Shown here piece by piece: positions 1-13,003 of a DNA stretch of 64,000 bases (the stretch's first letter is position 1; the number at the start of each line of letters is the position of its first letter). A model generated the notes under the pieces. The model was not told the origin of the DNA. It worked only from the letters and a program-made list of their open reading frames with translations, and searched no databases. The stretch is taken from positions 11,951 to 75,950 of the forward strand of contig JAMOAB010000031.1 in NCBI GenBank assembly GCA_023621995.1. Direction: 5' to 3'. The translations under genes and the position numbers were made by a program. Source of the DNA: Bacillota bacterium (GTDB lineage: Bacteria > Bacillota > Clostridia > Caldicoprobacterales > Xylanivirgaceae).

Positions 1-902
1 CGCATACCTTGCCTATCTGATTCATCCCTTATATCTGCTATACCTTCTATTCTCTTATCTCTTACAAGTTGAGCTATTCTCTCTATTAGACGGGATTTAT
101 TTACCATATATGGAATCTCAGTTACTACAATCCTAGATTTTCCTCCACCCATATCTTCTATATCTGTCTTAGATCTTATTATAACTTTACCTCGGCCTTT
201 GGCATATGCCTGCCTTATTCCGCTCTTTCCCAATATTATTCCACCGGTGGGGAAATCAGGTCCTTCTATATAGCCCATAAGTTCATCCAGTGGCATATCA
301 GGATTGTCAATTAGGGCAACAACGCCATCTATTACCTCATTTAAATTGTGGGGTGGAATATTAGTGGCCATACCGACTGCAATACCAGATGAGCCATTTA
401 CCAGCAGATTGGGAAATCTAGAAGGCAATACTACTGGCTCCTTTAAGGTCTCGTCAAAGTTTGGCACAAAATCTACCGTCTCTTTATTTATATCAGAGAG
501 GAGCTCCATTGCAAGTCTTGACATCTTGGCCTCTGTATATCTCATAGCAGCTGCAGAGTCCCCATCTATGGAACCAAAGTTTCCATGTCCATCTACTAAA
601 GGATAGCGTATGGAAAAATCTTGGGCCATACGCACCATACTATCATATACAGCTGTATCTCCATGTGGGTGATATTTACCTAGTACGTCACCCACTATCC
701 TTGCCGACTTTCTATACCCTTTATCAGGGGTCATTCCTAGTTCATACATTGAATAGAGTATACGCCTGTGAACAGGCTTTAGCCCATCCTTTACATCAGG
801 TAGGGCCCGTCCTACGATTACACTCATTGCATAATCTATGTAGGATTCTTTCATCTCATCTTCAATATTTACATCTATTATTCTCTCACCATCTAAAGCC
901 AT
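1..902 (-). CDS. gyrA: DNA gyrase subunit A, N-terminal part (gene runs off the window start)
   Basis: Reverse translation from ATG (complement of 900-902) reads [47 protein letters not shown]...[13 protein letters not shown], the canonical GyrA N-terminus with the active-site Tyr motif. It lies directly downstream of gyrB. Confidence 0.9.
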   Translation of the reverse strand, partial: MALDGERIIDVNIEDEMKESYIDYAMSVIVGRALPDVKDGLKPVHRRILYSMYELGMTPDKGYRKSARIVGDVLGKYHPHGDTAVYDSMVRMAQDFSIRYPLVDGHGNFGSIDGDSAAAMRYTEAKMSRLAMELLSDINKETVDFVPNFDETLKEPVVLPSRFPNLLVNGSSGIAVGMATNIPPHNLNEVIDGVVALIDNPDMPLDELMGYIEGPDFPTGGIILGKSGIRQAYAKGRGKVIIRSKTDIEDMGGGKSRIVVTEIPYMVNKSRLIERIAQLVRDKRIEGIADIRDESDRQGM

Positions 903-917
903 ATATCATTCCTCTTT

Positions 918-3133
<2,216 letters not shown>

Positions 3134-3148
3134 AAAACACCTCCAAAA

Positions 3149-4258
3149 TTATAATTGTCTCCATACATTTCCATTATCTACTCTATAGACCTCATATTGC
3201 CTACCATCCATCATAGATACATCCCTTATATCGGTGGTAGTTATTATAGTCTGAACTTTTCCTATACTATCGAGTAACATCTTTTGTCTATGCTCATCTA
3301 ACTCTGACATTACATCATCGAGAAGTAATATGGGAGCCTCGCCTGTCAACCTCTCCATGATCTCTATCTCAGATAGTTTAAGGGATAATACAACTGTCCT
3401 CTGTTGACCTTGAGAACCATATATTCTAGTATCTGTATTATTTATCATGAATATTATATCATCTCTGTGACACCCTTTTGAAGTAATTCCCCTATCTATA
3501 TCTTTTTGTTCACTACTTTTTAGAATTTCTAAAAAGTTTTTAGCTATCTCATCCACTCCCCCCTCATGAGGAATGGATGGTTTATATATTATATCCAGTA
3601 TTTCTTTTCCAAATGTAATTGAACTGTGTATCTCTCTAGATATTTTCATCAGCTCTTCTATAAATTCATTACGCTTAAATATTATATATGCCCCTGAAAG
3701 AGCCAATTGTTCATTCCATACATCTAAACTTTTTATTAGGGAAGGTTGCCTATTTATATCTTTCAATAGGTCATTACGCTGTGCAAGTACCCTGTTATAT
3801 TGCTGAAGTCTATAAAAGTATTTAGGCATTATTTGTGATATTTCCATATCTAAAAAACGCCGTCTCTCTGCCGGTCCATCCTTTATTAGCCGCAGATCCT
3901 CAGGGGAAAATAATACTCCGTTTATATTGCCCATAAGTTCTCCAAGGCGCTTGGCAGACGTTCCATTTATATTTATCATCTTTTTTCTATTTGTATCAAG
4001 ACCAATTTCTATTATATTCTTTCCTATACGTTTTTCCACTACAGCCTTGATGTACGCAAAATCTTCTCCCCAGCGTATTACCTCTCTATCCCTTGAAGTT
4101 CTATGGGATCTACCTGTACAAGTATATACTATAGATTCTAATATATTGGTCTTACCTTGGGCATTCTGTCCTACTAATAATATCATATCAGATTCAAATG
4201 TGAGATTTAACCTTGCATAATTTCTAAAATTGTGCAGTGTCAACTCCTTAAGATACAA
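3149..4258 (-). CDS. recF: DNA replication and repair protein RecF
   Basis: MYLKELTLHNFRNY..., Walker A GQNAQGKTN, signature SQGQQRT, and LLLDDVMSELD. Synteny dnaN-recF. Confidence 0.95.
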   Translation of the reverse strand: MYLKELTLHNFRNYARLNLTFESDMILLVGQNAQGKTNILESIVYTCTGRSHRTSRDREVIRWGEDFAYIKAVVEKRIGKNIIEIGLDTNRKKMININGTSAKRLGELMGNINGVLFSPEDLRLIKDGPAERRRFLDMEISQIMPKYFYRLQQYNRVLAQRNDLLKDINRQPSLIKSLDVWNEQLALSGAYIIFKRNEFIEELMKISREIHSSITFGKEILDIIYKPSIPHEGGVDEIAKNFLEILKSSEQKDIDRGITSKGCHRDDIIFMINNTDTRIYGSQGQQRTVVLSLKLSEIEIMERLTGEAPILLLDDVMSELDEHRQKMLLDSIGKVQTIITTTDIRDVSMMDGRQYEVYRVDNGNVWRQL

Positions 4259-4288
4259 ACAAAAGCACTTCCTTCCAAGACTAAAAGC

Positions 4289-5395
4289 TTATATAAATAC
4301 ACGTACTGGCAATAGGAGATAGGTATAATCTTCTCTGCCATCTAAAGGTCGGACAACACAAGGATTTATATTTGTTGTGAAGTCAAGACATATCTCATCG
4401 TCCTCTATGGCCTTTAGTATATCTAAAAAATATCTCCCGTTAAAGGCTATATCTAGTTCATTGCCTTCTAACAGTATGGGCACTTCTTCGAATATATTTC
4501 CAATCTCCGAGTTTGAAGTTATTACCATTTTATCTTCCTTTATAGAAAACTTTATAAGATTATTTTCACCTTCCCTAGCTATGAGGCAAGCCCTCTCTAT
4601 ACTAGATTGTAGAAGATGTGTATCTACCTTGACCCGTATACTGTAATCTTGAGGGATTATCTGTCTATAACTTAAAAAATCTCCTTCAAGTAATCTACTT
4701 ATTATCCTAGTATATCCAAGATCAAATAGCACATGTTTTTCGCCTATTATTATACTCAGTTTTTTATCGGTATTTCCTATAATCTTACTTACTTCGTCTA
4801 ACGATTTCCCAGGTATTACCACTTCCGTTCTCTGAGCACTCATATCTGTCTTATCTTTTCTAACAGCCAATCTATATCCATCTAGGCAGGCTATAGTTAT
4901 ATTATCTTCCTCTTGTTCAAAGAGGGCACCTGTATACACAGGTCTTGTTTCATCTACAGATACTGAAAAAATGGTACGGTTTATCATGTCTTTTAATATC
5001 CGCTCTTCTATTTCAATAGGATTTATCTCCTCTATTCTCTCTAATTCAGGATACTCCCTTGCATCTAGTCCCTGAAGGTTTATGACAGAGTTAAAAGTCT
5101 TCATCTCTATCTTATATCCACTGTCAACAGTAAATTCTATATCGCCTTCAGGTAGCCTTCTTATTATATCACTAAATATTCTTGATGGTACAACAACACT
5201 TCCTTGTTCAATAATCTTTGCATCTATGAAAGTTTCTATCCCCAATTGTAGGTCAGTTGCTACTATCTTTACTACATCTTTTTCTGTAGCAATGAGTATT
5301 CCCTCTAGTATGGGGAGGGTGGTTCTTGGAGATATAGCTCTCTGAACAATGTTTATACTATCTAATAGTTTTCTTTGTGAAAATACAATTTTCAC
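4289..5395 (-). CDS. dnaN: DNA polymerase III beta subunit (sliding clamp)
   Basis: 368-aa ORF with GTG start and an AGGAGG site 8 nt upstream. The MKIVFSQRKLLDSINIVQRAISPRTTLPILEGILI pattern is typical of DnaN. It lies immediately downstream of dnaA. Confidence 0.95.
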   Translation of the reverse strand: MKIVFSQRKLLDSINIVQRAISPRTTLPILEGILIATEKDVVKIVATDLQLGIETFIDAKIIEQGSVVVPSRIFSDIIRRLPEGDIEFTVDSGYKIEMKTFNSVINLQGLDAREYPELERIEEINPIEIEERILKDMINRTIFSVSVDETRPVYTGALFEQEEDNITIACLDGYRLAVRKDKTDMSAQRTEVVIPGKSLDEVSKIIGNTDKKLSIIIGEKHVLFDLGYTRIISRLLEGDFLSYRQIIPQDYSIRVKVDTHLLQSSIERACLIAREGENNLIKFSIKEDKMVITSNSEIGNIFEEVPILLEGNELDIAFNGRYFLDILKAIEDDEICLDFTTNINPCVVRPLDGREDYTYLLLPVRVFI

Positions 5396-5554
5396 TTAAA
5401 ACACCTCCTGTAGTAGTATATATATAGTTAGTAGTAGTAGTAGTAGGGCTTGTGGATTTGTGAATTAGTGGTCAAGATGTTTAAATATCCACAAAAGGGC
5501 CTGTGGATAAGATGGGGGTAAGGTTGTAGATGCTTATAGACTTATCCACAAATA
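5396..5554. other. oriC: oriC part 2 (dnaA-dnaN spacer): DnaA boxes, GC cluster, DnaA-trio array, AT-rich stretch
   Basis: DnaA boxes: TTATCCACA 5542-5550 (perfect), TGTGGATAA 5502-5510 (perfect), ATATCCACA 5485-5493 (1 mismatch), TGTGGATTT 5451-5459. These are followed by GGC 5447-5449, then (TAG)x6 at 5429-5446, then ATATATAT and two more TAG (5411-5416) abutting the dnaN RBS. Confidence 0.85.
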
Positions 5555-6880
5555 CTACTGTTCTTGTATTTTTTTTATGAGATTGTCTATTGTCTCTTTA
5601 ACCTGTGGATCTTCTTCTATCTCTTGGCTGATTTTATCGTAAGCATGAATTACAGTGGTATGATCCCTTCCGCCAAATTCATCGCCTATCTTAGGTAGAG
5701 AGAGGTCAGTTAATTCTCTACATATATACATTGCAATTTGTCTTGGGTAGGCTATGGGACGATTCCGCTTTCTAGACTTAAAATCTTCCACCTTTAGGTC
5801 AAAATGGCTTGCTACCACTTCTTGAATAAGATCACTTGTTATTGGTTTTGGCTTATTATCAGATATTATATCCTTTAAAGCTTCTTCTGCAACAGCCACA
5901 TCTAATTTATTATTGGTAAGGGAGGAATAGGCCATAATTCTAATCAAAGCGCCTTCAAGTTCCCTTATATTAGATTCGATTCTATTGGCAATAAAAAGTA
6001 GTACTTCGTTGTCTATTTCAATTCCCTCTAGCTCAGCCTTCTTTTTAAGTATAGCTACCCTTGTCTCTAAATCAGGTGGCTGTATGTCGGCAATAAGCCC
6101 CCATTCGAACCGCGATCGGAGCCTGTCCTCTAATGTAGGTATCTCCTTTGGTGTTCTATCACTTGAGATTATTATCTGTTTATTGGCTTCGTGTAGAGAA
6201 TTAAATGTATGGAAGAACTCTTCCTGCGTCCTCTCCTTTCCAGCTATAAATTGTATATCGTCTATCAAGAGTACATCTATATTTCTATAGCGATTCCGAA
6301 ATTCTTCATTTTTATCGTCCCTTATTGAGTTTATAAGTTCATTTGTAAACTTCTCTGAGGAGACATATAGCACCTTTGTATCTGGATTTTGAGATAATAT
6401 ATAGTGGCCAATGGCATGCATGAGGTGAGTCTTTCCAAGACCTACCCCTCCGTATATAAATAAGGGATTATACGCCTGGGCAGGTGCTTCTGCAACCGCC
6501 AAGGATGCTGCATGCGCAAATCTGTTACTATTGCCAATTACAAATGTATCAAAGGTGTATTTAGGATTTAACATAGGTGTAGATTGGAACTCACTGTCTT
6601 TTTCTGATTTGTCTATGTAGTTATCTATTTCACTTTCCATTATAAATTTAATATTATAAGTCTTAGACGATACTTCTTTGATGGCGTTTGCAACTAAATT
6701 GGTATACCTAGATTCTAAAATACCCTTAGTAAAGTCATTGGGGACGCATAGTATTATTGTATCATCTTTTATTGTCAAAGGCTCTATGGTTTTTATCCAT
6801 GTATTGAAACTTACGTCTGTCAATTCAGCTTTTATGAATTTTAGAGATTCTTGCCAGAGCTCATTGAGTTGAATATCCAT
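5555..6880 (-). CDS. dnaA: Chromosomal replication initiator protein DnaA
   Basis: 441 aa with AAA+ Walker [19 protein letters not shown], and a C-terminal DNA-binding domain (DHTTVIHA). Flanked by DnaA-box clusters. Confidence 0.97.
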   Translation of the reverse strand: MDIQLNELWQESLKFIKAELTDVSFNTWIKTIEPLTIKDDTIILCVPNDFTKGILESRYTNLVANAIKEVSSKTYNIKFIMESEIDNYIDKSEKDSEFQSTPMLNPKYTFDTFVIGNSNRFAHAASLAVAEAPAQAYNPLFIYGGVGLGKTHLMHAIGHYILSQNPDTKVLYVSSEKFTNELINSIRDDKNEEFRNRYRNIDVLLIDDIQFIAGKERTQEEFFHTFNSLHEANKQIIISSDRTPKEIPTLEDRLRSRFEWGLIADIQPPDLETRVAILKKKAELEGIEIDNEVLLFIANRIESNIRELEGALIRIMAYSSLTNNKLDVAVAEEALKDIISDNKPKPITSDLIQEVVASHFDLKVEDFKSRKRNRPIAYPRQIAMYICRELTDLSLPKIGDEFGGRDHTTVIHAYDKISQEIEEDPQVKETIDNLIKKIQEQ

Positions 6881-7165
6881 AAAATTACCTCCTAATAAAA
6901 TACGACCAGTTTATATTTTTGCCCAAATAATATATATGTAAAAGTTATAAACAGAAAAAAAAAGCTTTATCTACATTATCAACAATGGATAAGCCAGTGA
7001 AAATGAACATTTTTATAGACAAAACATAAAGTTATACACAATGTTATCCACAACATGTGTATAAATGAGAAATTTTCTATCCATAATATATAGGGCGAAG
7101 TTATCAACAACAAATATATAATATCAAAAAAACTGTGGATAATCAATGGATTTAAATTGATTTTC
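6881..7165. other. oriC: oriC part 1: DnaA-box cluster upstream of dnaA
   Basis: Perfect boxes are TTATCCACA 7044-7052 and TGTGGATAA 7134-7142. One-mismatch boxes are at 6967-6975, 6976-6984, 7032-7040 and 7101-7109. Weaker boxes are at 6945-6953, 6984-6992 and 7077-7085. The background is AT-rich. Confidence 0.8.
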
Positions 7166-7195
7166 TTGACATCAAATAGTATTATCGATTATAAT
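7166..7195 (+). promoter_or_regulatory. Sigma-A-type promoter for rpmH-rnpA
   Basis: TTGACA (7166-7171), 18-nt spacer, TATAAT (7190-7195), about 70 nt upstream of rpmH. Confidence 0.6.
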
Positions 7196-7264
7196 ACAAT
7201 AGTGATAAAGGGGTTAACTCTTGAATGATTATTATAGATATACATAAAAGAGGGGAGTGATACT

Positions 7265-7399
7265 ATGAAACGGACATATCAGCCCAATAGGAGGCGTAGA
7301 AAAAAAGTACATGGCTACAGAAGTAGGATGAGTACAAGAAGTGGAAGGGAAGTTATAAAGCGACGGAGAAGGAAGGGTAGAAAGAATCTTACTGCATAG
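7265..7399 (+). CDS. rpmH: 50S ribosomal protein L34
   Basis: Not in the ORF track (44 aa). It translates as [44 protein letters not shown], with RBS GAGGGGAG upstream. Conserved position between oriC and rnpA. Confidence 0.95.
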   Translation: MKRTYQPNRRRRKKVHGYRSRMSTRSGREVIKRRRRKGRKNLTA

Positions 7400-7454
7400 T
7401 AAGTCTTTCTAGCAGCCTTTCTACTTTTCTTTAGCTGATCTTGGAGGTAGGTGA

Positions 7455-7805
7455 GTGGAAAAGGCGAATAGGCTCAGGAAGAATAGTGAATTTAGAAGAG
7501 TGTATAGACGGGGCAAATCCCTGTCCAACAGATATTTGGTTTTGATCTACAAAAAAAATGGACTCTCTGATAGCAGAATTGGTTTTTCGGTTTCTAAGAA
7601 GTTTGGAAAAGCTGTCGATAGAAATAGAATAAAGAGGCAGTTAAAAGCTATATGCAGAGAACAGATATCACAAATAAAATCAGGATATGATATGGTGTTT
7701 GTAGTCAGAGCACAGTCAGGGCAGGCAGATTTTAAGCAGCTTAAATCTTCAGTAGATGGGCTGCTTAAAAGGGCCAGACTTTATAAAAAAGTTGAGAAGG
7801 AATAA
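7455..7805 (+). CDS. rnpA: Ribonuclease P protein component
   Basis: 116 aa with GTG start. The [16 protein letters not shown] motif is typical of RnpA. Synteny rpmH-rnpA-yidD-yidC. Confidence 0.9.
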   Translation: MEKANRLRKNSEFRRVYRRGKSLSNRYLVLIYKKNGLSDSRIGFSVSKKFGKAVDRNRIKRQLKAICREQISQIKSGYDMVFVVRAQSGQADFKQLKSSVDGLLKRARLYKKVEKE

Positions 7806-7806
7806 T

Positions 7807-8016
7807 ATGAAGAAGATACTTATCGTGTTAATTGAATTCTATCAGAAGGTAATTTCTCCCTATCTGCCGAGAAATTGTAGGTTTTATCCCACTTGTTCTC
7901 AATATGCAAAGGAAGCAATAGATAAGTATGGACCCCTAAAGGGCTCATGTCTTGCAATAAAGAGACTAAGCAGATGCCATCCTTTCAACCCAGGAGGATA
8001 TGATCCGCTACAATAA
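7807..8016 (+). CDS. yidD: Membrane protein insertion efficiency factor YidD
   Basis: [38 protein letters not shown]...[12 protein letters not shown] is the YidD signature. I chose the ATG at 7807 because the track start 7756 would overlap rnpA. Confidence 0.9.
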   Translation: MKKILIVLIEFYQKVISPYLPRNCRFYPTCSQYAKEAIDKYGPLKGSCLAIKRLSRCHPFNPGGYDPLQ

Positions 8017-8037
8017 AATACGGGGGTATAGTATTAA

Positions 8038-8829
8038 ATGAATCCATTAATTATATTTTTAATTACTACAGCTAGTCGTGGCGATACAGGAATTTGGCGT
8101 TCATTTGTCAATTTTCTAAGTAGTATAATTGAGTTTATATATAAACTTATTCCAAGTTATGGCGTAGCCATAATACTATTTACAATAATAACGCGTTTAG
8201 CCCTTTTACCATTAGACCTTAAATCGAAGAGGGCCTCTAAACAGATGAACGAATTACAGCCCGAACTAAATAAGATAAACGAGAAATACAAAGATGATAA
8301 AGAAAAGCTAAATAAAAAAACAATGGAACTTTATCAAAAACATAACATAAATCCACTTGGAGGTTGTTTACCAGCCTTAATACAAATACCAGTAACTATA
8401 GCTCTATTTGCAGCACTGAGGCAAATTTCTAATTATCATATTGAAAATCAATCAGTAGAAGCCTTTTTATGGATTAAGAACATATGGGCTCCCGATTCGC
8501 CAATATTAGATATATATGGAAAGCCCATTACTTTAGGTTCAACCGATTGGAATGGACTATTTATATTACCCTTTTTAGCAGGCATTACATCTTACTATCA
8601 ATCTAAACTTATGACCGGTGGGCAGACTGAGGAGCAGAGTGATAGAATGAAAGGGTTTAATAGTATAATGCCTATTATGTCTATTTGGTTTACTTCAATG
8701 TATACAGCTGCTTTTGCAATCTATTGGGTTTCATCAAATATGTTTCAAATTGTTCAAATGTTAATTTTGAATAAAAAAGCAGAAAAAGAAGAGAAAAAAT
8801 TGGGGGAAGAAGGAAAAAAGAAGGATTAA
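8038..8829 (+). CDS. yidC: YidC/Oxa1 (SpoIIIJ-type) membrane insertase
   Basis: 263 aa, multi-TM, with the motif ILFTIITRLALLPLDLKSKRASKQMNELQPEL...YQKHNINPLGGCLP and a Lys-rich tail. Confidence 0.9.
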   Translation: MNPLIIFLITTASRGDTGIWRSFVNFLSSIIEFIYKLIPSYGVAIILFTIITRLALLPLDLKSKRASKQMNELQPELNKINEKYKDDKEKLNKKTMELYQKHNINPLGGCLPALIQIPVTIALFAALRQISNYHIENQSVEAFLWIKNIWAPDSPILDIYGKPITLGSTDWNGLFILPFLAGITSYYQSKLMTGGQTEEQSDRMKGFNSIMPIMSIWFTSMYTAAFAIYWVSSNMFQIVQMLILNKKAEKEEKKLGEEGKKKD

Positions 8830-8880
8830 ACATACTTTGTAAATAGTGAGAGAACGACACTGAAAGAGGGTGCAATTTGG

Positions 8881-9498
8881 GTGAGAAGTGTTGAGACTAC
8901 TGGTAATACGATTGAAGAAGCTATACTGTTAGCAGTTGCACAGTTGGGCGTTTCTAGAGACAGATTGGATATTGAGGTGGTAGAAGAGCCAGAAAAAGGA
9001 GTTTTGGGAATATTTGGTAGGAAGAAAGCGATAGTTAAAGCCAGTATAAAGAGAACTCAAAGTGATATTGCAAAGGATTTTTTAGAAGGTATGTTTGAAA
9101 AAATGGGACTTGATGTGGCTGTGTTTGTTCGAGAAGACGGAGATACAATAGTTATTGAATTGACTGGCGATAATATGGGACTTGTGATTGGATACAGGGG
9201 AGAGACCTTAGATGCTATTCAATATCTTGTGAGTTTGGTTGTAAATAAAGATAGTGACAAATATAAGAAGGTAATTGTAGATACAGAAGGCTATAGACGA
9301 AAGCGTGAAGAGACTTTAAGACGTCTTGCAAGACGCTTGGCATACAAAGTAGAGAAGACCCAAAAGGAAATAGTATTAGAACCTATGAATCCCTATGAAC
9401 GACGAATTATACATTCAACACTACAATATAACTCAAAGGTTACAACATATAGTCAGGGGGAAGACCCATATAGGAGGGTTGTAATAGCCCTAAAATAG
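8881..9498 (+). CDS. jag: Jag/KhpB-like RNA-binding protein (Jag_N-KH-R3H)
   Basis: 205 aa with GTG start. It contains GYRGETLDAIQYL (KH) and LEPMNPYERRIIHSTL (R3H). It follows yidC as in Bacillus. Confidence 0.9.
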   Translation: MRSVETTGNTIEEAILLAVAQLGVSRDRLDIEVVEEPEKGVLGIFGRKKAIVKASIKRTQSDIAKDFLEGMFEKMGLDVAVFVREDGDTIVIELTGDNMGLVIGYRGETLDAIQYLVSLVVNKDSDKYKKVIVDTEGYRRKREETLRRLARRLAYKVEKTQKEIVLEPMNPYERRIIHSTLQYNSKVTTYSQGEDPYRRVVIALK

Positions 9499-9536
9499 GC
9501 TAATATTTTACTGAACTTAAATAATTATAAAAAATG

Positions 9537-9560
9537 CCCAGTAGAAATACTGGGTTTACT
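9537..9560 (+). terminator. Intrinsic terminator after jag
   Basis: CCCAGTA-GAAA-TACTGGG hairpin followed by a T-rich tract. Confidence 0.6.
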
Positions 9561-9722
9561 TTATCTTGAAATAAGGTAAAATAGATATGCTATTAATAAA
9601 TAGAGATACCAATAATTTTTGTTAATGTAAAAAAAGGATTAAGTTATCTATGCAAAAAGTTTAGGCGATGTGACTTTTTAGTATTAAAATTAAAGATATA
9701 GATAAAAAAGGATGGTAATTCC

Positions 9723-11105
9723 ATGTTGGATACAGATACTATAGTGGCAATTTCTACTCCTCCAGGTGAAGGGGGTATAGGAATTGTTCGTATGAGTGGC
9801 GATTTAAGCATTGATATTATAAAAGAAATATTTGTTAAACCCAATGGAAAACGGATAGAAAAGATAGAAGATAGATATTTTCAATATGGGAAGATAGTGG
9901 ATGATGTGGGAAGTACTGTGGACCAAGTATTGATGGTATGTATGAAGGGGCCTAGGTCTTATACCAGGGAGGATATTGTAGAGATACATTGCCATGGTGG
10001 CATGATTCCTATAAGAAGGATATTAGAACTTACAATAGACCATGGTGCAAGGCTAGCTGAACCAGGAGAGTTTACAAAGCGGGCTTTTTTAAATGGCAGA
10101 TTAGACCTTACACAGGCAGAAGCAGTGGCAGATCTCATATGTGCAAAATCGGATGAGGCAGCACGAGCTTCATTAAAGCAGATGGAAGGTGCCCTGTCTA
10201 AAAAAATAGACGAGATAAATAAACAACTATTGGACTTAATTGCCCATATAGAAGTAACTATTGACTATCCTGAAGAGGATATAGATGAGTTAATGTTATC
10301 TAATGTGGAGGAAGAATTGGACGAGGTCATCTATGATATAAAATATCTTATAGATACAGCAAATACAGGCAAATTAATTAGACAAGGTATAAAGACAGTG
10401 ATAATAGGTAAGCCAAATGTAGGTAAATCTTCCCTCTTAAACGCCCTAGTTAGGGAAAATAGGGCCATAGTTACAAATATACCAGGGACGACCCGAGATA
10501 TAATAGAAGAATATATAACGATAAGAGGGATACAGGTAAATATAATAGATACGGCAGGGATTAGGACAACAGATGATGTTGTGGAGAAAATAGGTGTCGA
10601 AAGGACTAGAGAGAGTATAGATGAAGCTGACCTTATAATAGCTATGTTTGATGCTTCTTTACCATTTGAAGAGGAAGACAAGGAAATACTAGATAGTATA
10701 AGGAAGAAGAAAGTACTCAATATTGTAAATAAGATAGACATGCCCATTTTATTAGATGTAGACAAAATACGAAAGTTTGCTCCTCATGAGGATATAATAG
10801 AGATCTCCATTAAAGAAGGAAAGGGAATAGACAAGATAGAGGATTATATATATAATATGGTATATTCAGGTGATATTACGGCGAGCGATGAGCTTATGAT
10901 AACCAATATTAGGCATGAGACGCTTTTAAAGTCTAGTTATAGTCATCTCTTAGAGGCAAGAGAAGCTTTAGATATGGGAGTTCCTCTAGATCTGATATCC
11001 ATTCATATAAGAAGTGGATGGGAAGATCTAGGGACCATAACAGGTGAAGTTGTAACAGACGACATAATAGATAGAATTTTTTCGAATTTTTGTGTTGGAA
11101 AGTAG
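9723..11105 (+). CDS. mnmE: tRNA modification GTPase MnmE
   Basis: 460 aa with DTIVAISTPPGEGGIGIVRMSG, G1 GKPNVGKSS, DTAGIR, and the C-terminal FCVGK motif. Confidence 0.97.
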   Translation: MLDTDTIVAISTPPGEGGIGIVRMSGDLSIDIIKEIFVKPNGKRIEKIEDRYFQYGKIVDDVGSTVDQVLMVCMKGPRSYTREDIVEIHCHGGMIPIRRILELTIDHGARLAEPGEFTKRAFLNGRLDLTQAEAVADLICAKSDEAARASLKQMEGALSKKIDEINKQLLDLIAHIEVTIDYPEEDIDELMLSNVEEELDEVIYDIKYLIDTANTGKLIRQGIKTVIIGKPNVGKSSLLNALVRENRAIVTNIPGTTRDIIEEYITIRGIQVNIIDTAGIRTTDDVVEKIGVERTRESIDEADLIIAMFDASLPFEEEDKEILDSIRKKKVLNIVNKIDMPILLDVDKIRKFAPHEDIIEISIKEGKGIDKIEDYIYNMVYSGDITASDELMITNIRHETLLKSSYSHLLEAREALDMGVPLDLISIHIRSGWEDLGTITGEVVTDDIIDRIFSNFCVGK

Positions 11106-11119
11106 AGTGATAAGAGAAA

Positions 11120-12997
11120 ATGAAATTCTTAGCAGGACATTATGATGTTATTGTAATTGGTGGTGGCCATGCAGGATGTGAAGCTGCCTTGGCTACTGCA
11201 CGTATGGGTTTTAGTACTGCCATATTTGCAATATCCCTTGACTCCATCGCAATGCTTGCATGTAATCCATCTATTGGCGGAACATCAAAGGGTCATCTAG
11301 TGAGGGAAATAGATGCATTAGGTGGAGAGATGGGGATAAATACAGATAAGACATTTATACAAATAAAGATGTTGAACACGGCAAAAGGTCCTGCAGTCCA
11401 CTCTCTTAGGGCACAGGCAGATAAAAATTTATATCATGCTTCTATGAAGAAGACATTAGAGAGACAGGAAAATCTATGGGTCAGGCAGGGTGAAGTGGTA
11501 GAGATAATAACAAAAGGTGGCAAGGCATCTGGGGTGCTCCTATCTACTGGAGAGGTATATACGTGTCAATGTGTCATTGTGGCAACAGGTGTGTACCTTA
11601 AATCTAAGATTTTTATAGGAGAATTTTCTCAAAATAGTGGACCTTCTGGTCTGTTTCCTGCCAATAGCCTATCTAAATCTTTGGAGGATTTAGGATTTAA
11701 GCTACGGCGGTTTAAGACAGGTACTCCAGCACGTGTAAATAAAAACTCAATAGATTTTTCAAAGACCATAGAGCAACCTGGAGATGATATTATAATTCCA
11801 TTTTCTTTTATGAATATGCATATAGAGAAGGAGCAGGTTCCTTGTTATTTGACATATACAAATAAAAAGACGCATGAGATAATAACGGAAAATATAGATA
11901 GATCTCCCATGTATTCTGGACAAATAGAAGGGACAGGGGCAAGATATTGTCCATCAATTGAAGATAAAGTTGTACGGTTTGCAGGAAAGGATAGCCATCA
12001 AATATTTTTAGAGCCAGAAGGTTTGACTACTGATGAGGTATATGTCCAAGGCCTGTCTACAAGTTTGCCTATAGATGTTCAATTAAAGATGTATAGGACC
12101 GTTCCTGGGTTAGAAAATGTACAGATAATGCGGCCTGCCTATGCAATTGAGTATGATTGTATAGATCCCCTTGAACTTAAACAATCACTTGAGAGTAAAC
12201 GCATAGATGGCCTATTCTTTGCTGGTCAGATAAATGGGAGTTCAGGTTACGAAGAGGCAGCTGGACAAGGCATTATAGCAGGCATTAATGCAGTGCAATA
12301 TATAAGGGGTGAACCACCCCTTATACTGGATAGATCACAGGCTTATATAGGTGTCCTAATAGATGATCTTACAACCAAGGGAACAAATGAACCATATAGA
12401 ATGATGACATCGAGGGCCGAATATAGATTGCTATTAAGACAAGATAATGCTGATATGCGCCTAACTGAGATAGGTTATGAAATAGGACTGGTTACAGAGG
12501 ATAGATATGACTTTTATATGAAGAAGATGGAAAATATAGAAAGGGAAATGAAACGGCTCAAAAGTGTCTTCTTATCACCTACAGATGAGGTGTTAGAATA
12601 TCTAAATAAAAAAGGAAGTGCTGCCATAAGAAGTGGTATATCTCTATATGATCTTCTGAAGAGACCAGAGATAGACTATAGTGATATAGAAAAGTTAGAT
12701 GGTGACACTCCTAATTTAAATAGGCAAGAGATAGAGCAGATCCAAGTCAGAATAAAATATGAGGGATATATTGATAAACAAATAAAACAGGCGGAAAGAT
12801 TTAAAAAGATGGAAGGTAAGCTCCTTCCTGAAGATATCTCTTATAGTGATATACCTGGTCTTAGAATAGAGGCTAGGCAGAAACTGGATAAGATAAAGCC
12901 AAGATCTATAGGTCAAGCTTCCCGAATATCAGGAGTATCTCCAGCAGATATATCGGTTCTCTTAATTTATCTAGAGAAGAAGAGGAGGAGTAGATAG
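11120..12997 (+). CDS. mnmG: tRNA uridine 5-carboxymethylaminomethyl modification enzyme MnmG (GidA)
   Basis: 625 aa with an FAD-binding [17 protein letters not shown]-terminus and a GidA family pattern throughout. Confidence 0.97.
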   Translation: MKFLAGHYDVIVIGGGHAGCEAALATARMGFSTAIFAISLDSIAMLACNPSIGGTSKGHLVREIDALGGEMGINTDKTFIQIKMLNTAKGPAVHSLRAQADKNLYHASMKKTLERQENLWVRQGEVVEIITKGGKASGVLLSTGEVYTCQCVIVATGVYLKSKIFIGEFSQNSGPSGLFPANSLSKSLEDLGFKLRRFKTGTPARVNKNSIDFSKTIEQPGDDIIIPFSFMNMHIEKEQVPCYLTYTNKKTHEIITENIDRSPMYSGQIEGTGARYCPSIEDKVVRFAGKDSHQIFLEPEGLTTDEVYVQGLSTSLPIDVQLKMYRTVPGLENVQIMRPAYAIEYDCIDPLELKQSLESKRIDGLFFAGQINGSSGYEEAAGQGIIAGINAVQYIRGEPPLILDRSQAYIGVLIDDLTTKGTNEPYRMMTSRAEYRLLLRQDNADMRLTEIGYEIGLVTEDRYDFYMKKMENIEREMKRLKSVFLSPTDEVLEYLNKKGSAAIRSGISLYDLLKRPEIDYSDIEKLDGDTPNLNRQEIEQIQVRIKYEGYIDKQIKQAERFKKMEGKLLPEDISYSDIPGLRIEARQKLDKIKPRSIGQASRISGVSPADISVLLIYLEKKRRSR

Positions 12998-13003
12998 GCA
13001 TAT

